From: Isurus oxyrinchus
Taxonomy: Eukaryota
Assembly: GCA_026770705.1 (NCBI GenBank)
Contig: JANJGN010000014.1
Location: forward strand, 123,318,001 to 123,382,000
Direction of reading: 5' to 3'
DNA: 64,000 nt
The notes beneath the pieces are model-generated. The model was not told the origin of the DNA. It ran no database searches and saw nothing but the letters and a program-made list of their open reading frames with translations. The position numbers and the translations under genes were made by a program. Below, in pieces: positions 26,765-37,960 of the stretch (positions are counted from its first letter, which is position 1; each line of letters begins with the position of its first letter).

Positions 26765-27695
26765 AAAGAACAAAAAGAAGTTCAGCATAGGAACAGACCC
26801 TTCGGCCCTCCAAGCCTGCGCCGATCATATTGCCCGTCAACTAAAACATTTTGCACTTCCGGCGTTCGTATCCCTCTATTCCCATCCAATTCATGTATTT
26901 GTCAAGCTGCCTTTTAAACACCACTATCGTACCTGCGTCCACTGACCTCCTCTGGCAGCGAGTTCCAGACACTCACTACCCTCTACGTAAAAAACTTGCC
27001 CCGTACATCTCCTCTATAGTTTTCTCCTCTCACCTTAAACCTATGTCCCCTAATAATTGACTCTTCCATCCTGGGAAAAAGCTTCTGACTATCTACTCTG
27101 TCCATGCCACTCAATTTTGTAAACTTCTATCAAGTCGCCCCTCAATCTCCGTCGCTCTAATGAGAACAATCCGAGTTTCTCCAACCTCTCCTCATAGCTA
27201 ATAACCTCCAGACCAGGCAGCATCCTGGTAAACCTCCTCTGCACCCTCTCCAATGCCTCCATATCCTTCTGGGAATGTGGCGACCAGAATTGCACACAAT
27301 ATTCCAAGTGTGGACTAACCAAGGTTCTATACAGCTGCAGCATGACCTCTCAGCTTTTATACTCAATACCCCTGCCAATGAAGGCAAGCATGCCATATGC
27401 CTTCCTGACTACCTTATCCACCTGCATTGCTACTTTCAGTGACCTATGGACCTGTACACCCAGATCCCTCTGCCCGTCAATACACTTAAGGGTTCTGCCA
27501 TTTACTATGTAATTCCTACCTGTATTAGACCTTCCAAAATGCATTACCACGCATTTGTCCGGATTAAACTCCATCTGCCATTTCTCCGCCCAAGTCTCTA
27601 ACCGTTCTATATCCCGTTGTATCCTTTGACAATCCTCTTCACTATCTGCAACTCCTCCAACTTTAGTGTCGTCTGCAAACTTACTAATTAGCCCA
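26765..27695 (-). mobile_element. Young, 5'-truncated CR1-type LINE
   Basis: FADDTK (reverse complement of ctttagtgtcgtctgcaaa), [31 protein letters not shown]. Few disablements; CpGs retained. Confidence 0.9.
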
Positions 27696-28549
27696 AACCA
27701 GTAGAATGATGGAGGATCAAAGGCTGGAAGTGACAGCTGTGAACAAAGGTTTCACTGTTGGTGATAGTGAAGTAAGGATGGAAATGAATTGGTAAGTTTG
27801 GTAATGAATTGGTTGTGAGATTTGAAACTTTGTTCAGGGTTGAATGGATCCTGGCAACTGAATCGGCTTAAGGCGTGAAGATTCTGGCGGGATTGTGAAC
27901 AGTGCCTCCCCAAGTTAGAATGCAAATTTGAACTTACAATTATTCACAGAATGAAATTTGAGAATGTGCAGAATTTTTTGCACGTGAATATATTTATAAG
28001 GGTTAGCAATTCATCAGCTATTTCAGCAGAATTTCCTTAATGGTTTTTAAAATTGAGATGGCAATAATATATTCAGTTGAACTCAACAAGGGCTTTTCAA
28101 GTTGTCTGGCAGAATTCCCTTATAATGCACAGTCCTGTTGCTCAGGAGATACAAACAAGGATGGGCCACTTCTGGGTTATGGACAGCTTACAAGTACAGC
28201 TGCAAATCTATCATTAACGCTTACAAGGAGCAAGTTTTAATATAGAAAGTATTCCCAAGATTTGGTCATCCAATGACCCAAAGTTCTAATGTAGCTGAAC
28301 ATGTGAATATACGCAATTGATCAAAGGTGCCCAGTTCAGGAATTTAGTGTGGCTGAATGTTTTATTTGAGAATTTTACTGCTCTACCAGCCCACTTGTTT
28401 AATGTTTTCATTTGCTGAGGATTTATTTCTACTGCATTGAATTTTATACATATAATTAGAGTTAACTGACTTAATGCTAGCCGCCCACACTAATTTCCAA
28501 ATGTACACCGCCCCCCCACAAGAATTGGAGCTTTATTTAAACATGTAGC

Positions 28550-28920
28550 TATACAGAGCCATGGGACTTAAATAGATGAATGCCGACGAAGGAAGAATTT
28601 TTCTTCTTTTTCTGGATGGGTGAACTAAGAAGGGCCCCAGCTTAGACGTTATGTTTAAAATTAAGGGTCGCCCTTTCAGAACAGAGATGAGGATTTTATT
28701 TCTCTGAGGGTTATGCGACTTTGGAACAGAAGGCGATGAAGGCGGGGTCATTGGATATTTTTAAGGCAGAGGTAGATAGATTCTTGTTAGGCAAGGGAAT
28801 CAAAGGTTATCGGGGGTAGATGAGAATGTGGAATTCGAAACGCAAGCCCATGAGCCAGGATTTTATTGAATGGCAGAGCAGGGTCAAATGTTTCACTCCT
28901 AACCCTATTTCTTATGAAAC
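28550..28920 (+). mobile_element. CR1-type LINE 3' tail
   Basis: ttaagggtcgccctttcagaacagagatgagg and aaggcagaggtagatagattcttg shared with other copies. Confidence 0.7.
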
Positions 28921-29161
28921 CCTGAATTACAGCGATTAAATTGGTTAACTTTTCTGGGTTGAGCACTAGTGCCGTCTTCCTGATATAGGTCATCAGGAGG
29001 CATGCTGTGCACGAAATCCTGAAATTTAATTTTGACCTTTGCTTAAAAAGAAACAGCAAATACAGAAGTGCTGAAGGCGTTTGAGCCTGTGAATTCTGGT
29101 CTAGAAGTTGGCTACAATAGTGAAGTCGAGTGGGTCTTCTCGAGCTTAGACAGTTCACTGA

Positions 29162-30425
29162 GGGTGGAACTTTCCCAGAATTGCACTAAGTGCAGTAGTG
29201 GGCGGGTAAAATGAGTCCTACCCACCGACAAAAATGGCGAGTTTCGCACCATAATTTCCCGAGCCCGCCTCATTATTTACGCATTCCCGGGAAACACGTG
29301 ATTTCTGTGGCAGGCGGGCTGTCGTTTACCGGTTCACCATCACCCCGCTGTTGCATCACACTGGCCACCATCTTTAAAAGGCAGCCGCCAGCAAAGCACT
29401 TATTGTCACTGGCTCACTACCGCTGTCCGGGAGACATGGCCAGCAAAGGCAAAAAGACTGCTGCCCCTCGCTTCAATAGCGACGGGTTCCTCGAGCAACT
29501 GCTGGATGCTTTGGAGGCCTGACGGGATTTGCTATACCCCCCGCAGAAAGGGTAGCAATGTCACCAACCGGGCTATGAGCCCCTCCAGCAGTGACTGCTA
29601 CATGGAAAGCTTGGCAAGGAGATTGTACAATGTGTGCAGTCCGACTGCTCCGTGGTCCAATAGAATAGTGGCAGACTTAAAAGTCTGTGCTGGCGGGGAT
29701 GGCAGTGCGTAAACTATGGAGCGCCTGGTGGCTCTTTGGTGCCTCCACGTTGTTTGCACGGGTGGGAAGGCTAGGATCCTGGCCCCAATCGTATCACTGT
29801 GGCTGTGCCTGATCTGTCTTAGCTGCAGAGGCATGGTCAGTTTATACAGGTGTCCCTAATGTAGGGCCACTCCCCTCGCTTACCCTGCCCCCCACCTCGA
29901 TTGCCTGTGTACGGGATGTAGCACCAGGGCAGCACTTCCTGCCCCCCCACAAACACTCACCTCCAAGTCTGGCCCTCACTTGCCCACGGATACCATCCCC
30001 AACCCCCCCCCCTCTCAGCACTTGCCTCCGGGGCCAAGCATCAGTTGCCCCCAGCGCCCCTGAGGCCTATAAACAGCAGGTGAGCTGTGGAGAACGCTGT
30101 TGCCGACTCAACTCGGTTCTCCCAAAATGAAGGCCGCCAAGTGTATGTCACCTGCTTGGTGTTGTGAAACATGTTGACATGCTTTCCTGCCGATGTGGAC
30201 AGATGATACAGCGGGGTTCCAAGAGCTGGCGGGATGGCCTTTTGTCATATGCTAGCGTATTACAATTAGCTTCCCTGACCAATGGCAGGAAACGCGGCTT
30301 GCCGCCAGAGGGCTGAGCAGACAGTTGCGACCTGCCTTTACACCGTCATGCAGTAGTTCACGCCATGTTTTCCGGCACACACTATCTATCTCACCCGCTG
30401 CCAGCGGGCTCAGAAAACTCCACCC
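29162..30425 (+). mobile_element. Internally deleted PIF/Harbinger transposon with Myb/SANT-like ORF remnant
   Basis: TIR gggtggaactttc / gaaaactccaccc, TSD TGA. 29436-29522 encodes MASKGKKTAAPRFNSDGFLEQLLDALEA, like the N-terminus of Harbinger Myb/SANT proteins. Confidence 0.75.
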
Positions 30426-30859
30426 TGAATATTTTAATAACGGGTTGAGTTTTGCAATATCTCATACTAGGTATAATGCATTGGTATACTGAAAAGAACT
30501 CTTAAAAAGTGACATCCAGAAAAGCAAATGTCATTATTTTGGACATGTGATCTGAACTGAAAAGCTACATAGATCCCTTCTAGACAGCAAAGTGGAGAGC
30601 AGCAGAAGGAGGGGTCGATGTAGGCATAATTGGATGATGAAGTTCACAGCGAAATCAGGCAAGCTACAGTGGATATATGAGGATGCCGCAAGACAGGAGA
30701 ATGTGACTTACCATGGCAGCAGATCTTTTGGTAGGAGTAGTGACAAGCAACAGCATACTGAAAATAAGAACATATTGCATGTTAATTCTTCTAGAGTTAT
30801 CCAATTCTCTGATAGCATTGTTTAAAAGTTAAAGAAACAAACTTTTGGGTATGTAAGGT

Positions 30860-31240
30860 ACAATATAAATGCAAGATTACCCAAGGTGCTTCATAACCAA
30901 TGAATATTTATTTGATCTTTATTGACTGTTGCATTGAAGGCAACCAATTTGTACACAGTAGATCCCACAAATATGATCAGTTAATCTTATTTGGTGATGT
31001 TAGTTTAGTAATGAATATTGGTCTGGACACGGCGCATTCCTTGCCATGAGATCTTTCACATCGGCCTTAACAGGCAATTAAGGCCTCAGGATAACATCTC
31101 AGCCGAAAGGCAGCACCTTCCACAATGCGGCACTCCATAATACATTGAAGTGAGAGCTCAGATTGTGTGTTCAAATCCCAGAGTGGGCCTGAATTAACAA
31201 TTTGCTACTAGGTTAGTGCTACCACAGAGTTAGGCTGACA
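30860..31240 (-). mobile_element. Deu-domain SINE, degenerate
   Basis: gccatgagatctttcacatc, gccgaaaggcagcacct and caatttgtacacagtagatcccaca match the reverse complement of the 5980-7226 family. Confidence 0.6.
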
Positions 31241-31789
31241 CTGTAAAACCTGAAATGTCTGAACTGTTAAAGGATCAGAAAAATATTTTATACTTCATAA
31301 AATGAATTCTGCACATACCATTCTTCTAAATGAACAAAACATGTATTGGGTAGTTGGATTTTTTGAAGATTTGGAATATTTAAAGTCTAATAATGTTCTA
31401 ATACATGAACAGAGTGATATTTTCACATCGTTGATTATTTGACCTGCATCCAAGTGGGATGTTAGTGATGTGAAAATTTCACTCTGTATTCTCTGAATGC
31501 AAATGTGTCTCTTTGTCTTACAATAACTTACTAATGTTCTCCTTCAGATTATATAAAATAAAGGCCAAAGGTTAAATTGTTCCTTCCCATATCCAGGTGA
31601 CTTCTTGCATAAGGAGATGGGCAAGTTAATTCTGCTGGGTTTTCACATTATTCTGAAATCTAATGTTCAAATTTATATTTGATCAATAATGCTGAAAAGA
31701 GAGATGAGTTACTGAAGCTTTTTGTCTTGCAGTTAGTAGGATAATTGCAAAAATGCCAAATTTCAAATGATCACTACAATTTATACTAC

Positions 31790-32581
31790 AGGAGAAAAGG
31801 ATGCTGATTGTTTGACAAGTTTACTCTGATTTGCTGTGCTGGTGCCAAGGAGAAAACAGCAGGGAATTATAGGCTCCCCAAGCTCATAACTCAAAAAGGC
31901 ACAAGGCTTGAACATATACCTAATGTTTGCAGAGAACGGGTTCTGGCGTATGAATGTACTTTGCTTCTAGCAAGTGTAAATGAGCTACATTACAAGCTCA
32001 ACTGATTACCTTAAATTGCCTGTTAGCGTAGCTCCTAGCACACTTGGGATTATTCAGCTGCCCAATTGTAGAATCACATCTAACAGTGAACATTTTGTTT
32101 TGGGTTTTGCAAGCGCGGGCTGGTTGATTATGATCTGTGGTCTGCCTGTTACAAGTGGCTGATGAATCAAACAGCATGTTCCAATCAGCCAACTGCTGGG
32201 GCATGCGTCGTAAGTACCTGGCATCACACAATATCCTGCAGGATGATGACTATCCTGATCAAATCATTGGTCGCCATGTATTGTGCATGAGACAGTAACT
32301 GCTACTTTCAGACCTGAAGATTGCCCGGTCTACCTCAAAATACCCTGGAAAAGCAAATTATCTCAAAAATGTTGATCAATAGGTTAAGCAAACCATTTCA
32401 TGCTGCTACTATGCAGTGGCTACATGAGTGGAATTTTCCAATAACAGGATGCTATCATCAGTCCAAAAAGATGTTCTGTCTACTGCACAATTGAGCAACA
32501 TCTTCTATGAGTTTAAGTGCCGGTGCGATGTCAGCTACATCGGTCGTACGTCCCAACAATTAGCTGATCAAATCAAACAGC
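31790..32581. mobile_element. Penelope-like element fragment with inverted 5' segment (GIY-YIG endonuclease)
   Basis: Plus strand 32506-32580 reads YEFKCRCDVSYIGRTSQQLADQIKQ. Minus strand from 32231 leftward reads CDARY..QQLAD..CDSTIGQ..LLEAKYIH..PVLCK. Confidence 0.8.
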
Positions 32582-34848
32582 CACCTGAGTGAGGCACTGA
32601 AATGTATCCAGGGACTGAGGAGAATTCAACAACTTCAGGAACAGGGTACAAGACAAAATACTTAGGCAACATGTCTCTTTTCAGTAATATTAAAGTTCTG
32701 TACTACCAAGCGATTGTTTATGATCAGTAACTCAATTTGCAATAAGTATGATGTTTTCCATTACTTTGTCAAGTATAGTGTCAAATAATTTTTTTCTGAA
32801 ATATACTTTGCAGTGTATTGAGTTTGAGAACATAGAATCTTTAATTCTGCCACCTAGGTTTTAATCCACCCTAGAGCCAAGGTCCTATGCAAAATTAGTT
32901 TCCATAGCATTGACCCAGTTCCTTGCGGGTATATCCAATTCACAGTTTTGGTAATGTTGGACACTCAATGTGGGAATTTTTTCGCATTCCCTGGCTCATG
33001 TTGTGAGAATAATAATTTACTGAAAAATATGCAGTTTGAGGAAACTGAAAATTATTTTTTTTCCTCTTTCTCAAAATCAAATTGTAGATGTTCAGATCAA
33101 TAAGATAGTGGAATCCTGTTCCCAACAATGCTTATTTTTGCCTGTTGAAAGAAGCCAGAAAAGAGAGAGTCAAGGGTCTGGCCATAATTTATCAAGCTAC
33201 TTTAAATGTGCAAATTGCTTTATGGAATTAGAGAGTAGACAATTTAACACCCTAGTTCAATAATGAAAGGATAAATTGAATAACAAGACCAATTAGTCTG
33301 TTGTCAGTTGTGAGCAAACTCTCGGAATCTGCATTCACGATAAAAGTTTTGCAACCATCTTCAGTAAGAAGTGCCGAGTGGATGATCCATATCAGCCTCC
33401 TCCTGAAGTTCCCATCATCACAGATGCCAGTCTTCAGCCAATTTGACTCACTTCCTGTGATGTCAAGAAACGGCTGAAGGCACTGACAACATTCCGGCAA
33501 TAGCCCTGAAGATTTGTGCTCCAGAAATACAGCAGATGATCAAATGTGGCACCAAGGGCTGCACCCTGAGCCTATTCCAGTACTGCTATAACACTGGCAT
33601 CTACCTGACAATCTGGAAAATTGCCCAGTTATGTCCTGTCCACTAAAAGCAGAACAAATCTAACCCATCCAATTAGCGTCCCATTAGTCTACTCTCGATC
33701 ATCAGCCAAGTGATGGAAGAGGTTGTCAACAGTGCTATCAAGGGGCATTTACTTAGCAGTAACTTGTTCACTGATGCTCAGTTTGGGTTCCGCCAGAGCC
33801 ACTCCACTCCTGACCTCGTTACAGCTTTGATCCAAACATGGACAGAAAAGCTGAACTCGAGAGGTGATGTGAGAGGGACTGCCCTTAACATCAAGGCTTC
33901 AAGGAGCCCTAGCAAAACTGAAGTCAGTGGGAATCTGGAGCAAAATTCTCCATTGAGTTGGTTGTGATTGTTGGAGGTCAATCATCTTAGTCCCAGGACA
34001 TCACTGCAGGAGTTCCTGAGGATAGTGCACTAGGCCCAACCATGTTCAACTTCTTCATCAATTACCTCCTGGCCATCATAAGGTCAGAAGTGGGGATATT
34101 AAGGATGAATGCACAACGTTCAGTATAATTTGCAACTTCTCAAACACTGATGCAGTCTGTGTCCATACGCAGCTGGACAACATTTGGCATTGGACTGATA
34201 AGTAACATTCGTGTCACACAGGTGCCAGGCAATGCCCATCTCCAACAAGACACAACCTAACCATCTCGTCTGGCATTCAGTGGCACTACCATCGTTGAAT
34301 CACCCTCTATAAACATCCAGGAGATTACCATTGACCAGGAGCTGAACTGGACCAGCCATATAAATATTGTGGCTACAAGATTGGTTAGAGGCTAGGACCT
34401 CTGTGGCAAGTAACTCACCTGACTTCCCCAAAGCTTCTCCACCATCTACAAGACACAAGTCTCCATTTGTTTGGATGAGTGCAATTCCAACAACACACAA
34501 GAAGCGTGACGCCATCCAGGGGAAAGCAGCCCACTTGAGTGGCATCCCATCCTACACCTTAATCACAGAATCTTTACAGTGCAGAAGGAGGCCATTTGGC
34601 CCATCAAATTTGCACTGGCTCTCTGAAAGAGCATTCTACCTAGTCCCACCCCCTGCCTTATCCAATTCCTTTCTGAATACTTTGATCAAACCTGCATTCA
34701 CACCTCTCAGGAAGTTTGTTCCAGACTCCAACCACCCTCTGGGTAAAGAAATTCCTTGCATCTCTTTTACTCCTTTTGCCAATTATTTAGAGTCTATGCC
34801 CTCTAGTTCTTGATGCTTCCTTGAGTGGGAACAGTTTTTCACTATTTA

Positions 34849-34990
34849 TAAAAACAAAAAAACTGCGGATGCTGGAAATCCAAAACAACAAAAACAGAAT
34901 TACCTGGAAAAACTCAGCAGGTCTGGCAGCATCGGCGGAGAAGAAAAGAGTTGACGTTTCGAGTCCTCATGACCCTTCGACAGAACTTGA
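34849..34990 (-). mobile_element. Short, young Penelope-like 3' fragment inserted in CR1
   Basis: Minus strand ends gatgctgccagacctgctgagtttttccag...T-rich; homologous to 61140-61260. Confidence 0.75.
34949..34987 (-). ncRNA. Minimal type I hammerhead ribozyme motif (variant core)
   Basis: Minus strand AGTT-CTGTCGA-A-GGGTC-ATGAG-GACTC-GAAAC-GTC-AACT: stem I, stem II, palindromic ACGT stem III, GUC cleavage triplet. Confidence 0.65.
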
Positions 34991-36239
34991 GACTATTTAC
35001 CCTGTCCATACCCTTCAGGATCATGAATACCTCCACCAGCTCTCCTCTCAGCCGCCTTTTCTCCCCAACCCTTCCAATCTACCCTCATAGCTACAGTTCT
35101 TCATGCCTGGAATCATTCTTATGAACCTCCTCTGTACTTTCTCCAATGCCTTCCCATCCTTCCTCAAGTATGGCTCTAAGAACTAGACACAGCACTCCAG
35201 CTGAGGCATAACTAGTGTCTTAAACAAGTTCAACATGACCTCCTTACTCTTGAACTCAATGCCCCTATTAATAAAGTCTATGATATTACATGCTTTATTA
35301 ACTGCTCCTTCAGCATGCCTTGCCTTCTTCAATGATTTCGGTACATATACACCGAGGTCCCTTTGTTCCTGCACCTACTTCAGAGTTTCTCCTTTATTTT
35401 ACAATGTCTCTCCATATTCTTCCTGCCAAAATGAATCACCTCAAACTTCTCTTGAACTTCACTTGCTACTTGTCTGCCCAATCCACCAACTTATTTATGT
35501 CCTTTTTGAAGTTCAAAACTATCCCCATCACAGTTGACAACGTTTCCAATCTTCGTATCACCTGAAAATTTTGAAATCATGCCCCAAACACCACAGTCTA
35601 GGTCATTGATATATACCAGGAAGAGCAAGAGTCCCAACACTGACCCCTGAGGAACTCCACTACAAACCTCCCACCAATCTGAAAAACATGCATTAAACAC
35701 TACTTTGTTTCCTGTCACTCAGCCAATTTCTTATCCAAGCGCCTACTTTCCCTTTTATTCGATGAGCTGGAATTTTGCTCACAAGTCTGTTGTGTTCTGT
35801 TGTCTCCCTCCACCACCGACAGACAGTGGCAGCAATGTGTACCATCCACAAGATGCATTGCAGTAACTCACCAAGGCTCCTTCGAGAGCACCTTGCAAAC
35901 CCATAACCTCTATCACCTAGAAGGGCAGGGGAACACTACCACGTGCCAATTCCCCTCCAAGGGGACATCATCCTGACTTGGAACTATATTACCATTACTT
36001 CACTGTCACTGGGTCAAAGTCCTGAAACTCTGTTCCTTAGAGCACTGTGGGTTGTACCTACACCACATAGTCTGCAGCAGTTCAAGAAAGCGACTCACCA
36101 CCTTCTCGAAGGAATTGGAAATGGTTAATAATTAATGGTCTAGCCAGTGATGCCCACATCCTGTGAACAAACAAATAAAAATAATTAAACATTTAGAATG
36201 TGAGAGTTACTCGAGTGCAGCCAGCATTGATTTTTTTTT

Positions 36240-37960
36240 AAGATAAGTCATGTTTGATAAATTGATAAGTTTTGAAGAAGTGATCTATTGAATGGACAAA
36301 GGGACTGCAGTAGATGTAACTTTTTCAGAAGATATTCAATAAAGCATTTTCAAGAGGCTTGTAGCGAACTTTGAACATGCGGTATAAAGTCAAATGTAGC
36401 ACTATGCATAGAAGATTGGTTGACGGACAATAAACAGAGTTAGGATTAATGATAGTATGTCAAACTGGAGGAGATGAGTGCTCAGATGAGTCATTGATGA
36501 GTCCACTTTTCTTAATGTATGAAGAAATAATTTAGACTTGGATAAAGGGAATATAATCTCAATTTGCTGAGTATAAAAAAAGTAGGAGTTGGGCAAATAG
36601 CTAAGAGAACTGAAAAGCTTGAAGTCTTAGGTTAGCAGCCTGGGTTGACAGGTAGCAGTTGCAATTCATTGTGGGTAACTGAGTGTTAATATATTTTGGG
36701 AGGAAAATGAGTAATGCTCATAATATGGAAAAGCTGTAAAATGTGGAATATTAGAGATGCTTTAAGGGCTCAAGTACAAAAATCCCTAAAACTAATTGAA
36801 AGTAGATAAGGCCATACAAAAGGCCAGTGGAATTTTGAGTTCTATAAATGGAGGCATAGAGTACGAAAGTGAATAAGTAATAAATTTGTACAAACCATTG
36901 GTTAAGCCATAGGTAGAATACTGTGGACAGTTTTGGGCAATACATTATAGAGAAGATATTGGACTGTAACTTCCGAGCTCCCCAATGTCTTTAGGGGGTA
37001 CCCCAAAGATGCGCTGGGGAATCCCCCTCGGAGGTTCCCAGGTAAGGGTTTGCACGGCAGCTGCCCAGAAGTGCAAATTTCCTTTGGACAATTGCTGGGG
37101 ACCATGCGGAATTGTGATTTTAAATCGTAAACTTTGAGGGTTATACCAATAGTTATCCCAGAATTCAAACCTCCTAATTTCTGGGTAACGATTGTAAGCA
37201 CCCAGACTGACCCCCATGTGACAACCCCCACCCCCCACAGGACTCCCCTGACCATCCCTACAAGGATTCTTCTCTTTTTCTCCCCCCCGACCTCCGATTG
37301 CCCCCACAGGCCCGACATGAACCCCGCCAACCTATGAGACCCTGCCCCACCCCCCAGGACCTCTGGTTCCCCCACCCACCACATCTGACTCCTAACAGCC
37401 CTACCTGCCCTCCGATTCCCCCACCCTCCAGACCCCCCAAATCCTATCCACTTACCTTGTCCCTGGCCTTTAAACTTATCTGCTGGTGCTGTTAAAAAGG
37501 GGGCAAAGCCTCCTTGAACATGCTGGAGCTGCGCTTCATTGGAGCCTGCGAGGAGTCTTTCAGTGCAGGCCCCAAGCAACTCCGGCGATCGGAAGTGTCA
37601 GTGTAATTTCCCGTGGGCCATCTCTTTCCGACAGTAAGTCAGAAGTTGCAGCCCATTAAAACCGTGGGGTGCATATAGCACACGTTCACCAGTATGAAGT
37701 CAGGGATGAGAAACTATTGTTATGAGAGCCTCAAGATACTGGGGCTATTTCCACAAGATCAGAGAAAGCTAAGGGAGATGTAAGAGATTTTTAAAATTGA
37801 ATTCTAATGATGAGTCAGGAAAGACTATTCCTTGTGCATAGGAGTAAGAAAAAGATACAGGACCACCTGCAGAGAGCAGGTTAGTGGAATTAAGTCTGGA
37901 TTCCTGTAGAAAAGAACTGCCAGTAATACAATGGGTTGAATCACCTCCCTTTGTGTTATG
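36240..37960 (+). mobile_element. Old CR1-type LINE remnant interrupted by a Harbinger-type element
   Basis: ttgtacaaaccattggttaagccataggtagaatactgtggacagttttgg motif before the insertion; RT C-terminal sequence continues after 37654. Confidence 0.7.
36961..37654. mobile_element. Non-autonomous PIF/Harbinger-type element (different family, C-rich interior)
   Basis: TIR ggactgtaacttccga / tcagaagttgcagccc, TSD ATT. Confidence 0.8.

Larger units (their letters stand above)
33340..36170 (+). mobile_element. Non-LTR retrotransposon RT/3' part (clade uncertain) interrupted by a minus-strand CR1 (about 34563-35796)
   Basis: FTDAQFGFRQSHSTPDL and GVP..S.LGP RT motifs. Host resumes at ctccctccaccaccg (about 35804). 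3' tail ctagccagtgatgcccacatcc is shared with the tRNA-SINE family. Confidence 0.75.

Noticed and set aside
36902-37579. 225-aa Gly/Trp-rich minus-strand ORF
   Set aside because: By-product of the C-rich interior of a non-autonomous TIR element; no recognisable domain.
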